A stretch of DNA of 64,000 nt from a virus, in IMG/VR virus record IMGVR_UViG_3300045988_092438; one strand, written 5' to 3'. Positions within the stretch are counted from its first letter, which is position 1; the number at the start of each line of letters is the position of its first letter. Positions 10,091-20,800 of the stretch are shown piece by piece. The notes beneath the pieces were generated by a model. That model was not told where the DNA came from. It ran no database searches and was given only the letters and a program-made list of their open reading frames with translations. The translations under genes and the position numbers were made by a program.

Positions 10091-10574
10091 TCAAACCACC
10101 TTCCTCTTCATTGTCATCAGTGATAAAAATGGAAGTAACATCTGACCTGTACTCACATTCAAATACAACAGTCAAGAATACATCTTCCACAAAGGTCATA
10201 GGCTTTACATTCTTAATCTCATAGTAAGCACCATGAAACTCAATGTAACCTCTTCTAAGATACTCCCAGTCTTTCTCAGTTTGACAAGAAACACCTTTGT
10301 CTCTTAAAGACTTATAAGGCACTGTGAATTTTGGAAGGTCTTTAAATTCTGCTTCTACAACCTCGTCACCTTTGGCTTTCATATTACTCTGGGTTTTTGC
10401 TACAAGTAAGACAGGCTTTTTATACCTTTTGACTTTTGACTCTCCATAAAAACCACCATCTGTATCTGGACTTAACAGATAAAGATTTACTCCATCACTC
10501 ACACCATCTGTGAACATGATAGAGTAAACTTCATTCAATCCATCTACGAAAGCGTCTTGAATCTCTTTATCCAT
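10053..10574 (-). CDS. hypothetical neck protein
   Basis: Start moved to MDKEIQ (ATG 10574-10572, preceded by GGAGGTGGTG). Confidence 0.45.
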   Translation of the reverse strand: MDKEIQDAFVDGLNEVYSIMFTDGVSDGVNLYLLSPDTDGGFYGESKVKRYKKPVLLVAKTQSNMKAKGDEVVEAEFKDLPKFTVPYKSLRDKGVSCQTEKDWEYLRRGYIEFHGAYYEIKNVKPMTFVEDVFLTVVFECEYRSDVTSIFITDDNEEEGGLNVTETSNDRRLE

Positions 10575-11421
10575 TAGCACCACCTCCGAAAGAATCAATA
10601 TTGATTTCTTCTCCGGTCATTACAGGAGGGGTCTGGAATGTGACTTGCTTATATCCAAACAACTGATTTCTCTCAATAGAAAACACTGCCAAATAATACT
10701 CTTTTTCTGGTTGAAGTCCAGTGACTCTTTTGTGTGTATTTCTAAAATTCATTGTGGACATTACAAGTTTAGCACCTTCCAAAACTTTATCTTCTGCTTT
10801 TGTTCCCTCCTTGTAAATATCAATAATAGGACTCTCACTCACATACACCAGATATTTACCAAAGTGGTCGTTATTAAAGGAAGACCAACTAAAGGCTACT
10901 GAATCAGTGGTAATCTCTCCTACTTTAACTCTCACAATAGGAACAGGACCATGTTCATAGTTTCTCAGTGAGTAGTGGTTCTTTGAGCGAATTGTGTCAT
11001 AAGTGGTTACACCTTGAATACCTGTATTTGGGTCTACTGTTGCTCCTCCACCATTTTCTACCCAGTCTTCATACTCTTCTTGAGCGTTTTCTGCAAGTGC
11101 CATATAATGTTGAAATCTCTGGTTACGTTTCAACTGGTTATTATTATCCGCTGTAAGGTCATATAAAGGTGCGGAAATAACTGCCAGTTTCAAGTACAGT
11201 TCTTTCTTTGACACTAAAATCACTGGATAATCAGAACCCGGTGGCAAGTCAGTAAGGTCTTCCATAGATGGATAGACCTTTGACATACCCAGTTTAAGGA
11301 ACATGGTAAGGTCTTCATCAGTCATAGTCAAGAAAGCAGGGTCATTAACCTCCGCTTCTTCATTCTGTACATTCACTGCACTCCTTAAAAGAGTTACCAG
11401 TTCATTGACTGTAAAAATCAT
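10567..11421 (-). CDS. head-associated protein with fibronectin-III-like domain
   Basis: Start moved to MIFTVNEL (ATG 11421, GGTGG 8 nt upstream). C-terminal ..ITTDSVAFSWSSF..YLVYVS.. is FN3-like. Confidence 0.45.
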   Translation of the reverse strand: MIFTVNELVTLLRSAVNVQNEEAEVNDPAFLTMTDEDLTMFLKLGMSKVYPSMEDLTDLPPGSDYPVILVSKKELYLKLAVISAPLYDLTADNNNQLKRNQRFQHYMALAENAQEEYEDWVENGGGATVDPNTGIQGVTTYDTIRSKNHYSLRNYEHGPVPIVRVKVGEITTDSVAFSWSSFNNDHFGKYLVYVSESPIIDIYKEGTKAEDKVLEGAKLVMSTMNFRNTHKRVTGLQPEKEYYLAVFSIERNQLFGYKQVTFQTPPVMTGEEINIDSFGGGANG

Positions 11422-11446
11422 AACACTTACCACCTTTCATTTTCTT

Positions 11447-11791
11447 TTACAGTGGTGCTAAAATTCCTGCTTTATTAAGAACACTCTTAACAAACTCCGG
11501 CACATTATAGCACTGACCTTCTTTTAAATCATAGAGTTCACCACCAATGAAACATCTATGGTCTCTGTTGGCTCTTACTCTTACATTCTTATGAACCACA
11601 GTCTTGTCTTCAACTGCTTCGCTGTCAATCTCAACCTCTGGCTCTTTCTCCTCTTCTAGAACAGACACTTCAACGTCAGTTTCTACTTCAACCTCTTTGG
11701 TATTATCTCCAACTTCTGTATCAACTACAGGAGTCTCCTGTACTTCAACTTCTGGTGTAGTGTCCTTCTTTACTGCTTTCTTTACTGCCAT
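11447..11791 (-). CDS. hypothetical acidic protein
   Basis: 114 aa with a Glu/Val-rich N-terminal half. Follows a terminator. Confidence 0.45.
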   Translation of the reverse strand: MAVKKAVKKDTTPEVEVQETPVVDTEVGDNTKEVEVETDVEVSVLEEEKEPEVEIDSEAVEDKTVVHKNVRVRANRDHRCFIGGELYDLKEGQCYNVPEFVKSVLNKAGILAPL

Positions 11792-11810
11792 GATATTTTC
11801 CTCCTTAATT

Positions 11811-11855
11811 TAAAATAAATAAGGGAGGGAAGATAACAAGTGTCTTCCTTCCCTT
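11811..11855 (-). terminator. rho-independent terminator after capsid/decoration genes
   Basis: 13-bp stem AAGGGAAGGAAGA/TCTTCCCTCCCTT (one mismatch) followed by ATTTATTTT on the minus strand. Confidence 0.6.
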
Positions 11856-11861
11856 TCTTTC

Positions 11862-12233
11862 TTAGGCTACAAGCTGAACTTCCATTTCTGCTGTCTTAGC
11901 ACCAGAGGTGGCTACAACCGTAATTGTACCTGCCTGTGTGGTACTTGCAACAGTTAAAACACCTGCTGTGGTAATGGTTGCACCTGTATGTTCTGCTTTC
12001 AAAGTATAAGTCACACTGTTTGTCATTTCATCACCAAATTGTGATACTGCTTTAGCCACATAAGTAGCTGTTGCACTGTCACTTTCGGGAATCTTTACTT
12101 CATTTGGACCATCTTTAAAAACTACACCTGTGAACACATCTTCAACTAACCCTTCAAGGATTCCTGCAAGTTTCTCTGGTGTCTCATGTGCATAGAAGAC
12201 TGCTTGTTTAATAGCTTCAAACTTTTTACTCAT
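11862..12233 (-). CDS. Ig-like (Big_2) head decoration protein
   Basis: C-terminal ..TYTLKAEHTGATITTAGVLTVAS..ITVVATSG.. is Big_2-like. Immediately follows the major capsid gene. ATG 12233 has GGAGG 7 nt upstream. Confidence 0.55.
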   Translation of the reverse strand: MSKKFEAIKQAVFYAHETPEKLAGILEGLVEDVFTGVVFKDGPNEVKIPESDSATATYVAKAVSQFGDEMTNSVTYTLKAEHTGATITTAGVLTVASTTQAGTITVVATSGAKTAEMEVQLVA

Positions 12234-12254
12234 ATTCACACCTCCGGGAATGAA

Positions 12255-13301
12255 TTAAGCTGTTTCGATAACAACACCGTACTCGTTATTCAGAATACCA
12301 GTACCCCAGATAGCGTACCATGCAAGAGACTGTTTACGTCCAAAGTCTTCAACACCGTTGTCACGAAGCTCAACAGGTAAAGACCATGCAATACCATAGT
12401 ACTCGTCACCGAAGATAACTGCCTTGTACACATTTGCAGTTGCAGAACCCTTTTCAGCTCCCTTAACAAGCTCTGCGTCATAGGCAGGGTCAGTACTTGC
12501 ACAAGCACCATTGCTCATAAGAGTTGTTTCAATGAAACGAGTGTCATCAATACGACCAATTTCACCGTTAAATAACTGCTCTGGTGCTCCATAGTTAGAA
12601 GCGTTAATCCATGCACTGTCATCACGAAGGTCACGACTCTGGTGAGGGTGAACGAAACAAATCCAGTAAGCACCTTCACGCTTTGGAGCGTTATTTGTTG
12701 CAAGAATTTCAATAGCGTCCTTGATTGTAGACACTTTCATCTTACAGGTTGCGTCCAGATTTGCTCTGTCAGCTACAGGAGTTCCATCACCTTTTGAAGC
12801 GAATACAATGTTTGTACCAGACAGTGCTGTGTCACGAAGTTCACAGTCAAGAACCATAGCATAGTCACGACCCAGAAGAGTTGTAGTACTTGCCATAATG
12901 TCATCAAAACTGGACTCCATTAAAAGTCTACTGTTAGATACAGCGTTACCATGCTCGGTAACAGTAATCTGTTTCATGGAACTGCTGAGTGCCTGTGTAG
13001 TCATATCTACCATTTCAGTCAGCTTACCACCAAGTTTCAGATTGGCATAAGTCATCATGGAAATAGTAAGACCCGATTCTACACCTAACTCAGTCTTTCT
13101 TGTTGCGAATTGTGCAAAACGCATAACAGGCAGTGCCTTAAACTCAATCTCTTTGGAATACACCATACGGATTGCGTCTGTAAGTTTTACACCGCCATTT
13201 TCGCTTGTCGTAGCAGTAGTTACACTACTTGCCGCATGAGCCTTCATGCAGGCTTTTCTAATAAAACTTGCAAAAATGTTGTTTTTTGCCTTGTTCATCA
13301 C
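12255..13301 (-). CDS. major capsid protein
   Basis: 348 aa between the scaffold and decoration genes, followed by a strong terminator. Composition is compatible with an HK97-fold-type protein. Confidence 0.75.
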   Translation of the reverse strand: MMNKAKNNIFASFIRKACMKAHAASSVTTATTSENGGVKLTDAIRMVYSKEIEFKALPVMRFAQFATRKTELGVESGLTISMMTYANLKLGGKLTEMVDMTTQALSSSMKQITVTEHGNAVSNSRLLMESSFDDIMASTTTLLGRDYAMVLDCELRDTALSGTNIVFASKGDGTPVADRANLDATCKMKVSTIKDAIEILATNNAPKREGAYWICFVHPHQSRDLRDDSAWINASNYGAPEQLFNGEIGRIDDTRFIETTLMSNGACASTDPAYDAELVKGAEKGSATANVYKAVIFGDEYYGIAWSLPVELRDNGVEDFGRKQSLAWYAIWGTGILNNEYGVVIETA

Positions 13302-13356
13302 ACGATTACCTCCTTGATTTATTTTTAATGTGTGTGGTTGCAGTAAAGGTTCTCCT

Positions 13357-14160
13357 TTATCTCAATCCCTGTTTTCTACGGAACTCTTTGTATTCCGGTG
13401 AAGCAGGGTCTAAAGAAGCTAAGTACTCAAGAGAGTATTCATTGTCCTGCTGTGGAGAAGCCGGAGGATTTGTAGGATTCTTAGGAGTTCTCTTATCTTT
13501 CTTAGTAGTAACTCCCATCTGCTTTCTAATCTCTTCACTTCTTGCCAGTGCAGACTCAAGACTCTTATCAAGTTCCTCAACAGTGTCACCAAACACTAAC
13601 TCTGGAACTAAAAGGTCTTCTTTGTGTTCTGCCAGAATTTGAGTCTTATGAGTTTTAACCTCATACTCTTTCTCAAGTTCTGCTCGGACTTCTTTCTCTA
13701 CCTCTTCTCTGTTCACAGGCTTTTGACCTTCAAACTCTTTCACCTTAGTGTCAAGAGCTTCTTTCTCTTTCGTGAGCTTGTCAATCTCTGCTTTCAGAGT
13801 TTTGACTTCCTCACTGTCACCCTGTCCGGCAGTCTTCAACTTATCCTGTGCTTCTTTTAACTGCTTCTCTAAATCAGCTTTTGCCAGAAGGTCGGTGTTG
13901 TGCTGTTCTGTCAGTGTGTTGACCTGTGTTTGAAGTTTCTCAATCTTCTTGTACTGTTTGTCTTTCTCTTCTTTTCTAGCTTTCGCAATCAAATCCTCAT
14001 AGTTGATAGTAGGCTTTGTTACTGTAGGGTCATTACCCTCACCACCTTCATCACCCGGTTTCTCTTCTGCAAATGCTTTAAGAGTCAGACCATTAAAAAG
14101 TTTTCTCACGATTGCTTCTGTACTCATAGGTCCTACAATAATACCACGTTTCTTAGTCAT
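13357..14160 (-). CDS. capsid scaffolding protein
   Basis: 267 aa, highly charged coiled-coil (KEKE-rich). Lies between portal and capsid genes. Confidence 0.65.
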   Translation of the reverse strand: MTKKRGIIVGPMSTEAIVRKLFNGLTLKAFAEEKPGDEGGEGNDPTVTKPTINYEDLIAKARKEEKDKQYKKIEKLQTQVNTLTEQHNTDLLAKADLEKQLKEAQDKLKTAGQGDSEEVKTLKAEIDKLTKEKEALDTKVKEFEGQKPVNREEVEKEVRAELEKEYEVKTHKTQILAEHKEDLLVPELVFGDTVEELDKSLESALARSEEIRKQMGVTTKKDKRTPKNPTNPPASPQQDNEYSLEYLASLDPASPEYKEFRRKQGLR

Positions 14161-14255
14161 AAGTGTACCTCCATACTTTTTGATTTTCTTTATACTAACA
14201 CATAATAATCTGCAAGTCCAGTAGTCTCACAGATTATTTTATGTGTTTTGCACTT

Positions 14256-15911
14256 CTATTGTACAGTTCCTCCACCATTTTGTCCAGTAATTTCTGTACG
14301 AACTTGTTCAATAGGTGTCTGTCCATTAGTCATGCCACTGTTAATTTGAGGTGCTTGACCTTGCATTTGATTCTGATACCACATCTGCTGTAACATAGGA
14401 TTAAAGAGTTCTGGGTGTTCCTCTCTTTCCTTATCAATCTCTGCAAGTTTCTGGTTAATATCTTCTTTGCCGATTCTTTCCATAGCACCATGTCTACACT
14501 CAAGACCCAGTTTCATTTCTGATTCAAGTTTCTGTAACTCAAGAAGTTCGTCCTTCGGAAGAGTGTCTGGAAGAGTAACCTCATTGTACAGGAAGTCTTT
14601 CTTACTGATATTATCCGGCTTCTCAATCAGTCCTTCCAACAGTGCAATGTGAAGAATCATTTTATTCACTGTCTCAAGACTGGTCTTTGTACACTGTCTC
14701 TTTATCCTCGTTTTTTCAATCAGTGGCAGGTTCATATACTGTAAAGCAACACCACTTGTGTTACTGATAGCATTAGCACCACCTAAAACTGTCTCTGGAA
14801 CACCACCAATTTCACACATAGCTGTCTTTAAAGAATCCGTGTAATTAGAACTTGCTCCTAAATCTCCCTGTAACTCAAGGTTTGCTACTTTAGCATCTTT
14901 TGGAAGACCTCCCCACACTTTGTTAGCACCTTTCTCAAGATTACCAATCTTTGCTCCAAACACACAGGTAATAGGTGCTGAGTGATAGTCAATGATTTCA
15001 GAAATATCACTTCTCTTAGTGTTCAACTCCACATTCAGAGGAATAATATCTTCAAGGTCTCCCATACCATAAGTTCTTCCAGCAATCGGAAAGTTCTTAA
15101 TCTGGACAAAAGGAATGATACCATAAGGGTTATCCATTTTGTCAATCTCTTCTTTATCTTCATACACAATGATTTTATCTCTTGTCCACAACTCTTTGTA
15201 AATCACAGTGGTAAGACTTGACCTTCTAAAGAGAATACCAGTATTCACTCTCTTCTCAATCGGGTACATGATAAGAATGGAATCCAGTTTATCCTTGTCA
15301 TGTGGATTGAAAGTTGGGAAGACATACTGTGTAGGAAGTACTGTAAGTCTAATTTTTCCATCTGGATATTCCTCAAATGGGTCATCTAAATCTTCTGGTG
15401 ATTCAAAGGACACTTTCATCCATGCTTCACCTGTGATACTCTTAGTCTGACCGATTTCAACACATAGTTCGTCTCTCTTATTGGAGTTCCACACTGCATT
15501 TAAGAAGTCATTGACTGTTTTTTCAACAATCTTCTCCGGCTTATTCTCAAGTTCGTCTGGGTCAATAACACCATCATGGTTCTGGTCTCTAACAGTGGTA
15601 TCAATCTTAGTATCTCCCACTGTAACACCCTTACCATCAAGTGCCATAGGTGTCTTGATAGAAAATCCCTTACCAAACTCAAAAGACACAAACTTATTAA
15701 CAAAAGGTCTACAGTAGTTAAAAGTTACTTGTGGGCTATCAAGGTCATCAATGCCCTCCCAGTGATAACCCTCATAGAAGTTCCATGCTTCTTTAATCTT
15801 TTCAAGTCTCAACACTTCAAGGTTTGTAAGGTCTCCTTCACTAACAAGACCACCAATGTTAAGACTCTCTTCTAATCCTGCATTATATCTGTGTTTAAAA
15901 GTGTTCATCAT
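14256..15911 (-). CDS. portal protein
   Basis: 551 aa immediately downstream of the large terminase (adjacent stop and start). Confidence 0.75.
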   Translation of the reverse strand: MMNTFKHRYNAGLEESLNIGGLVSEGDLTNLEVLRLEKIKEAWNFYEGYHWEGIDDLDSPQVTFNYCRPFVNKFVSFEFGKGFSIKTPMALDGKGVTVGDTKIDTTVRDQNHDGVIDPDELENKPEKIVEKTVNDFLNAVWNSNKRDELCVEIGQTKSITGEAWMKVSFESPEDLDDPFEEYPDGKIRLTVLPTQYVFPTFNPHDKDKLDSILIMYPIEKRVNTGILFRRSSLTTVIYKELWTRDKIIVYEDKEEIDKMDNPYGIIPFVQIKNFPIAGRTYGMGDLEDIIPLNVELNTKRSDISEIIDYHSAPITCVFGAKIGNLEKGANKVWGGLPKDAKVANLELQGDLGASSNYTDSLKTAMCEIGGVPETVLGGANAISNTSGVALQYMNLPLIEKTRIKRQCTKTSLETVNKMILHIALLEGLIEKPDNISKKDFLYNEVTLPDTLPKDELLELQKLESEMKLGLECRHGAMERIGKEDINQKLAEIDKEREEHPELFNPMLQQMWYQNQMQGQAPQINSGMTNGQTPIEQVRTEITGQNGGGTVQ

Positions 15912-17642
15912 TTACCTCCTTCTTTTTCCTGTGAATCTGTTTCTGCTTCTCTGCTGTTTAGCATACTGTGTGAGTGGTTTGTTACCAAATAACTTGCTTC
16001 TGTCTTTTGTCTCAGTGTCATCTTTTACACCCGGCTCTCTTGCTCCCCACAATGCTAAAGCCCATGAGTCGGGGTAATCATCATGTGCCCCTCTTTCATC
16101 TGGATGGCTTACTACAAGATTACTACCACTGTAACCTTTCTGCAAGTCTGTCATCTGCTGAATGAATTTCTGGTGTTCCTTTGTCTTTTGTGTCTCTTTA
16201 CTGTTAGGGTATTTCGCCCTACCAGTGTTTATCTCTTTATCCAGATTCTTATAAAGCTCTGACTTACTCTTAGTACTAAAGACAAACAACTCAACCTCAT
16301 ATTTTACATTGGCTCTAATTCTCTGCCCCAAACTTGATTCTCTGGTAGCGTCTACCACTAATTTAGCAATTCGGAAGTTTTTCAAATAGTCCATAATGAT
16401 TGCATACTGTTCTTCATAGTCCTTTGCTATCTCTGGGTTAATCTCTAACCAGTCTTTAATGTATGAATTATAGGCTAAATACACTTCCTCCTCTTGTGTT
16501 TCTTCATTGTAGGCAGACTCCATTAAAACAGGATTCTCCCAGTCAACTTCTACTATAGTGATGATAGTACTATCTGCGTCTTTACTCTTTTTATCACTAC
16601 CCCCACCAACATCAATACCTCCAACATGATTTGCTTGGAGGTCTCTGCCAACTCTATCAAGGAAACTGTCACCACAATTCGCTTCAAATTCATCAATGTC
16701 AATAAACATACCTCTTGAGATAATCCACTCAAGGTTGTATGACATACGGAACTCGTCACTGTTCTCTCCGAGACTTCTCTTCTCCCTTTCAACATACTTT
16801 GCATATCTTGGATTGTACTTCTGTACCACCTTATAATTGTACTCAAAGTGATTTCTAATCTTGATACGCTTTTCTTCATAATCCTTTTTGTTTCTCTGGA
16901 TTGCTTCATAGAAATCACCCTTAAAGGTTGTTGCAGTACCAATCTTACAAATAGTAGCATTGTAAGCCGCACCCATAGGGTGAATAGACTTTCTGATTTT
17001 GTAGTTACTAATGTCCTGTGCTTCTTCACAGATAATGAACTTAAAGGACTCACCCTCAATATTACTACCATCACTAGCAGAGATAGCAGTTACAAATGAA
17101 CCATTACTAAGTGCTACAGTCTGTCCATTGGAAGTAGTAAACTCAAGTCTAAAGTCTGGGTCTTCCAGAATAGCAAGACTTTCTTTACACTGTATTCTGG
17201 ACTTCATTCTTCGGTAAGTAATTTGTGCCTGTCTCTGACTTGGAGCGAAAATTCCTACCCAGAAACCATCTTTAAACATTTGTAGTCTTGGGTCATCTGC
17301 GAACATTGGCATATTTGCCAACTGTGGTAGGATAATCATAAGACCACCAACTGTGATAGCAATAGTCTCAGTCTTACCACTCTGACGAGCAAAAAGAGCT
17401 GTAATTTCAGCTCCATCATTTTCTAGTACAGACCTTATGATACGTTTTGAAAACTGAGTCTGATACTTATACATTACCCTTCCAGAATATGCTTCACAAA
17501 AGTTATAGATTCTGTCTACCAACTCTGTAGTGCTTATTCTTCCTGCATGGACTGTCTCTACAAAAAACTCATAAAACCAATCCGTGAAAAATGCTAAAAT
17601 AAGTCTCACATTAAATAGCACGATTTTTACAATCCTATTCAC
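15912..17642 (-). CDS. terL: terminase large subunit
   Basis: 576 aa. Walker-A-like ..FARQSGKTE.. N-terminal ATPase region plus a C-terminal nuclease-like half. First gene after a terminator. Confidence 0.8.
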   Translation of the reverse strand: MNRIVKIVLFNVRLILAFFTDWFYEFFVETVHAGRISTTELVDRIYNFCEAYSGRVMYKYQTQFSKRIIRSVLENDGAEITALFARQSGKTETIAITVGGLMIILPQLANMPMFADDPRLQMFKDGFWVGIFAPSQRQAQITYRRMKSRIQCKESLAILEDPDFRLEFTTSNGQTVALSNGSFVTAISASDGSNIEGESFKFIICEEAQDISNYKIRKSIHPMGAAYNATICKIGTATTFKGDFYEAIQRNKKDYEEKRIKIRNHFEYNYKVVQKYNPRYAKYVEREKRSLGENSDEFRMSYNLEWIISRGMFIDIDEFEANCGDSFLDRVGRDLQANHVGGIDVGGGSDKKSKDADSTIITIVEVDWENPVLMESAYNEETQEEEVYLAYNSYIKDWLEINPEIAKDYEEQYAIIMDYLKNFRIAKLVVDATRESSLGQRIRANVKYEVELFVFSTKSKSELYKNLDKEINTGRAKYPNSKETQKTKEHQKFIQQMTDLQKGYSGSNLVVSHPDERGAHDDYPDSWALALWGAREPGVKDDTETKDRSKLFGNKPLTQYAKQQRSRNRFTGKRRR

Positions 17643-17664
17643 TTTCTCACCTCAATTTCTATAT

Positions 17665-17700
17665 AAAAATAAAAGGGTAAAGACTTTTCAATCTTTACCC
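17665..17700 (-). terminator. rho-independent terminator
   Basis: 9-bp stem GGGTAAAGA/TCTTTACCC followed by TTTTATTTTT on the minus strand. Confidence 0.7.
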
Positions 17701-17736
17701 TAGTATAAATCATTCTGCTTTAATTGTCCATACAGA

Positions 17737-18210
17737 TTATCTCTTATATCCTCTTGTGTATCTTGGTGTGGTGTTCTTTTTTCTGTACTCGCTCAACACT
17801 TTGTTGTCCTGCTTCTTACATATCTCAACTACTCTCCGGCACGTTTTAACATCAAACATACCAATGTGACACTCTTCTTGTGGGATATGTAACATGGCTG
17901 ATAACCAGATATAGGCTTCTTTTCGTGTCATCAAACCAGATTTCCAAAGAGTATCAAAAGCGTCATGTGCTTTATGTTTCTCTCTTCTTAAAACACTGTC
18001 AGCAAGTCTTCCCAGTGGAATATCTGTTCCGGGATGACACCCTACATAAGAGTCACACTGAGGAAAATTACTACACACCCACATCTTTCCATAATTCTTA
18101 TTATTGTGATACACAAAATGGGAATCTCTTAAAACTACATTCGCTCCACAATAAGGACACTTTTTAGCAAACCCATAAGCAGACTTACTTGGTTTATCTT
18201 TTCGACTCAT
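17737..18210 (-). CDS. zinc-finger protein (DUF3268-like)
   Basis: CPYCGANV...C..FPQCDSYVGCHPGT.PLG..A...R..K..AH..FD motif string. Start moved to MSRKDK (ATG 18210, GGAGG upstream), overlapping the ligase stop. Confidence 0.55.
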   Translation of the reverse strand: MSRKDKPSKSAYGFAKKCPYCGANVVLRDSHFVYHNNKNYGKMWVCSNFPQCDSYVGCHPGTDIPLGRLADSVLRREKHKAHDAFDTLWKSGLMTRKEAYIWLSAMLHIPQEECHIGMFDVKTCRRVVEICKKQDNKVLSEYRKKNTTPRYTRGYKR

Positions 18211-19772
18211 TACATTCCTCCTGCTTGAACATGGTCTTTCCATGTACACTCTAAGGCTGACTTGTCTGGTCTCATTCTAAAGAAACGAGGGTGTCTCATT
18301 TTACCAGTGTCCTTAAACAGCTCATTTGCTTTAATCTCTACTACTTCACCTTCAAAGGTATATTTCTCCCAATCTTTGCTCTCAGTTATGTGCTTATTAT
18401 TAGACTCTTCCTCCGGCATGATTTTCACTACTTCACCAGTCTTCTTGTTTCTCCATGAGAATGAGAAAGTGTTTCTCATATCATCATTAAAACCAGAACA
18501 GTCACCTACTTCAACTACTTGACACTCTTTACCTTCAAGTGTCATTGTCTCAATGTTAAATTTCTTACTCTTCGGAAGTTTCTCAATTTCCTCTGGGGTA
18601 ATAATTACTCCATATCTGATGTTACCCACCATTCTGTAGTAATGAAATCTTGTTACAGGTCTGAGACCTCTGTTTAAAAGACCTTTGGCAGAAGTCTGAC
18701 TCATAATATCTACTCTCTGTCTTCTGTCTTCAATGTCTACCCAGTAACCCCATCTGTCATTTGGGAACTTACCTTCATATTCATCTGTAGGCTCAGTGAA
18801 GCCCATGATGACACACTCTCTTGTCAAAAACTTCTTGACTTTGGAGTATTCCCAACCTCTTTTATGGTGGTATCTACCTTCTTTAGACTTTAAAATAACT
18901 CCCTCTCCACCAGTGGCTACAATTAGCTCATAGTAACCTCTAGGTGTCATGTACCCCGGCTCTTCATGTAAGCACTTGTACAGATTAGGGTACACCTCTT
19001 TTTCGTCTTCAAGTGTATCAAAGAATGGGTCTTCATCAAAATCCGTAATTCTATTCATTAACATATCATGAGCATATACTTTATCACCTGTCACTGGGTC
19101 AGTGATGTACTCTCCACAAACATAGAATGGTACAAACTCTATATACTTACTACCAGTCTCTTCTACTGCTTGCTTTAAATACCGCTTTCTCTTTATCAAG
19201 GACATTTTTCTAAGGTCAATACCTTTATACTTGATAATATCAAAAGCATGGAGAGAGATAAATCCTTTCTCAAGCTGTCTGTCTACAGCTTTATCCCACA
19301 GACAATTCAATGTGCTTGATACTTCTTTAAATGGCTGATTGTTAATGAACATTTCTCCATCAAGGACAGTGCCATCAAGCTCTGGAACATCAATATCCCG
19401 AATGTGTGGAACACTGTCTGTATTCTCAGTATAAAACCCACTCTTCTTACTCACTCTTCGACTAAACACTCTTGAATAACCCATATCTGGTCCATTTGCA
19501 GTTGGCTGACTAAAATACTGATTGATACCTCTAGTTCCGTCAAACTTCTCTTCGATAATGTTTGTCTCTTTAGCAAATTGTTCATCCTGTTCTTCCTCAG
19601 TCTCTAATTCTTTGGCAGTCATGGGTTCATAACCTTTAACACCTGCAAACTGATATACTTCTGGACAATTCCACTCTTCTTGAGGAAACATTTCTTCAAG
19701 CTCAGTTCCATCACCAAAGTAAAGTCTATTGTCAGACTCTCTGTGTAATGTACTAAAGTCTTTCTTCATCAA
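18210..19772 (-). CDS. ATP-dependent DNA ligase
   Basis: 520 aa. Adenylation motif I ..EEKFDGTRG.. (KxDG) with downstream nucleotidyltransferase/OB-like regions. Confidence 0.8.
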   Translation of the reverse strand: MMKKDFSTLHRESDNRLYFGDGTELEEMFPQEEWNCPEVYQFAGVKGYEPMTAKELETEEEQDEQFAKETNIIEEKFDGTRGINQYFSQPTANGPDMGYSRVFSRRVSKKSGFYTENTDSVPHIRDIDVPELDGTVLDGEMFINNQPFKEVSSTLNCLWDKAVDRQLEKGFISLHAFDIIKYKGIDLRKMSLIKRKRYLKQAVEETGSKYIEFVPFYVCGEYITDPVTGDKVYAHDMLMNRITDFDEDPFFDTLEDEKEVYPNLYKCLHEEPGYMTPRGYYELIVATGGEGVILKSKEGRYHHKRGWEYSKVKKFLTRECVIMGFTEPTDEYEGKFPNDRWGYWVDIEDRRQRVDIMSQTSAKGLLNRGLRPVTRFHYYRMVGNIRYGVIITPEEIEKLPKSKKFNIETMTLEGKECQVVEVGDCSGFNDDMRNTFSFSWRNKKTGEVVKIMPEEESNNKHITESKDWEKYTFEGEVVEIKANELFKDTGKMRHPRFFRMRPDKSALECTWKDHVQAGGM

Positions 19773-19833
19773 TTCTACCTCACTTTCTTTTTTCTATATC
19801 TCTATTATATCACATAACACAGATACTATAAAA

Positions 19834-20160
19834 TCACTCCTGTATATCGTCCGGTGTCTCTTCAATGTTACTGTCTCTGAGTTCCTTGAGTTTATAGGCT
19901 CTCAACTCTTTCTTCATTTCCTCATGCTCTTTGATAACCTGTATCAATTTAGCAAACACTCTTCTCTTCTGTTGGTCTCCTGTTGAAGCAATACACTGAA
20001 TACAGTAATTCTCCAACTGTTCAGAAGTAAGTGAAGCAGGTGGAGTAGGTTCATTCTCCTGTTCTACAGGCAGGTCAACCTCTTTTAAAATATCGCTCTG
20101 TTTTCTACCACCTTTAAATGTTACATCAATTACTTCATGCTTTCCCGGGATGTGTGGCAT
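19834..20160 (-). CDS. hypothetical protein
   Basis: 108-aa co-directional ORF. Confidence 0.45.
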   Translation of the reverse strand: MPHIPGKHEVIDVTFKGGRKQSDILKEVDLPVEQENEPTPPASLTSEQLENYCIQCIASTGDQQKRRVFAKLIQVIKEHEEMKKELRAYKLKELRDSNIEETPDDIQE

Positions 20161-20161
20161 A

Positions 20162-20719
20162 CTACTTTTCCTCCTTCACAATAATAAGCTCATTTAACAG
20201 TTCTTTAAGGTTTCCTTTTGTGTTCATGCTTTCTATTGGCACAAGTCTATTTCCCGGCAATAAAGACGCTCTGAGGTCTTCTACCTTGTCATCATTGATA
20301 ATAACATGGCTGTAAATAACAGGGTCGCATATACCGGGGTCTGGATTGTACACACCAATAGGATTGAACTGGGAACTAAACATTAGTCTCTGGTTTTCCG
20401 GCTTAGTACAATCAATCATTTTTGCTACTGCCAGACTGGACATAAACATCATAAGGTCATACCCTTTGTGTGGCAGAACTTGACTCAAATTCAGTGACAC
20501 ATAGTTTCTCTGTCCTAAATGGTCTACTTCATGTTCTACTACTAAATTAGAGTACGCAGTTCTCACCGCAGTTACAAAGCACACAGGCACATAGTCTTCC
20601 TTATATGCTTCTTCTCTGGTGTCAAAGTACTTTAAAGACTCAAGTACTTTATCCAGTTTTACATTTTTCTGCACCCGAATATTCTGTTTGAGCAGGTCTT
20701 TCTTTAAACACGCTATCAC
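20162..20719 (-). CDS. hypothetical protein
   Basis: 185-aa co-directional ORF following a terminator. Confidence 0.5.
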   Translation of the reverse strand: MIACLKKDLLKQNIRVQKNVKLDKVLESLKYFDTREEAYKEDYVPVCFVTAVRTAYSNLVVEHEVDHLGQRNYVSLNLSQVLPHKGYDLMMFMSSLAVAKMIDCTKPENQRLMFSSQFNPIGVYNPDPGICDPVIYSHVIINDDKVEDLRASLLPGNRLVPIESMNTKGNLKELLNELIIVKEEK

Positions 20720-20739
20720 AATACATTCCTCCTTTATAT

Positions 20740-20769
20740 AAAAATAGGGAACAGATTTCTCTGTTCCCT
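20740..20769 (-). terminator. rho-independent terminator
   Basis: 9-bp stem AGGGAACAG/CTGTTCCCT followed by ATTTTTAT on the minus strand. Confidence 0.7.
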
Positions 20770-20800
20770 AATCTTAACACATCTGACCTAAAGGTTCAAC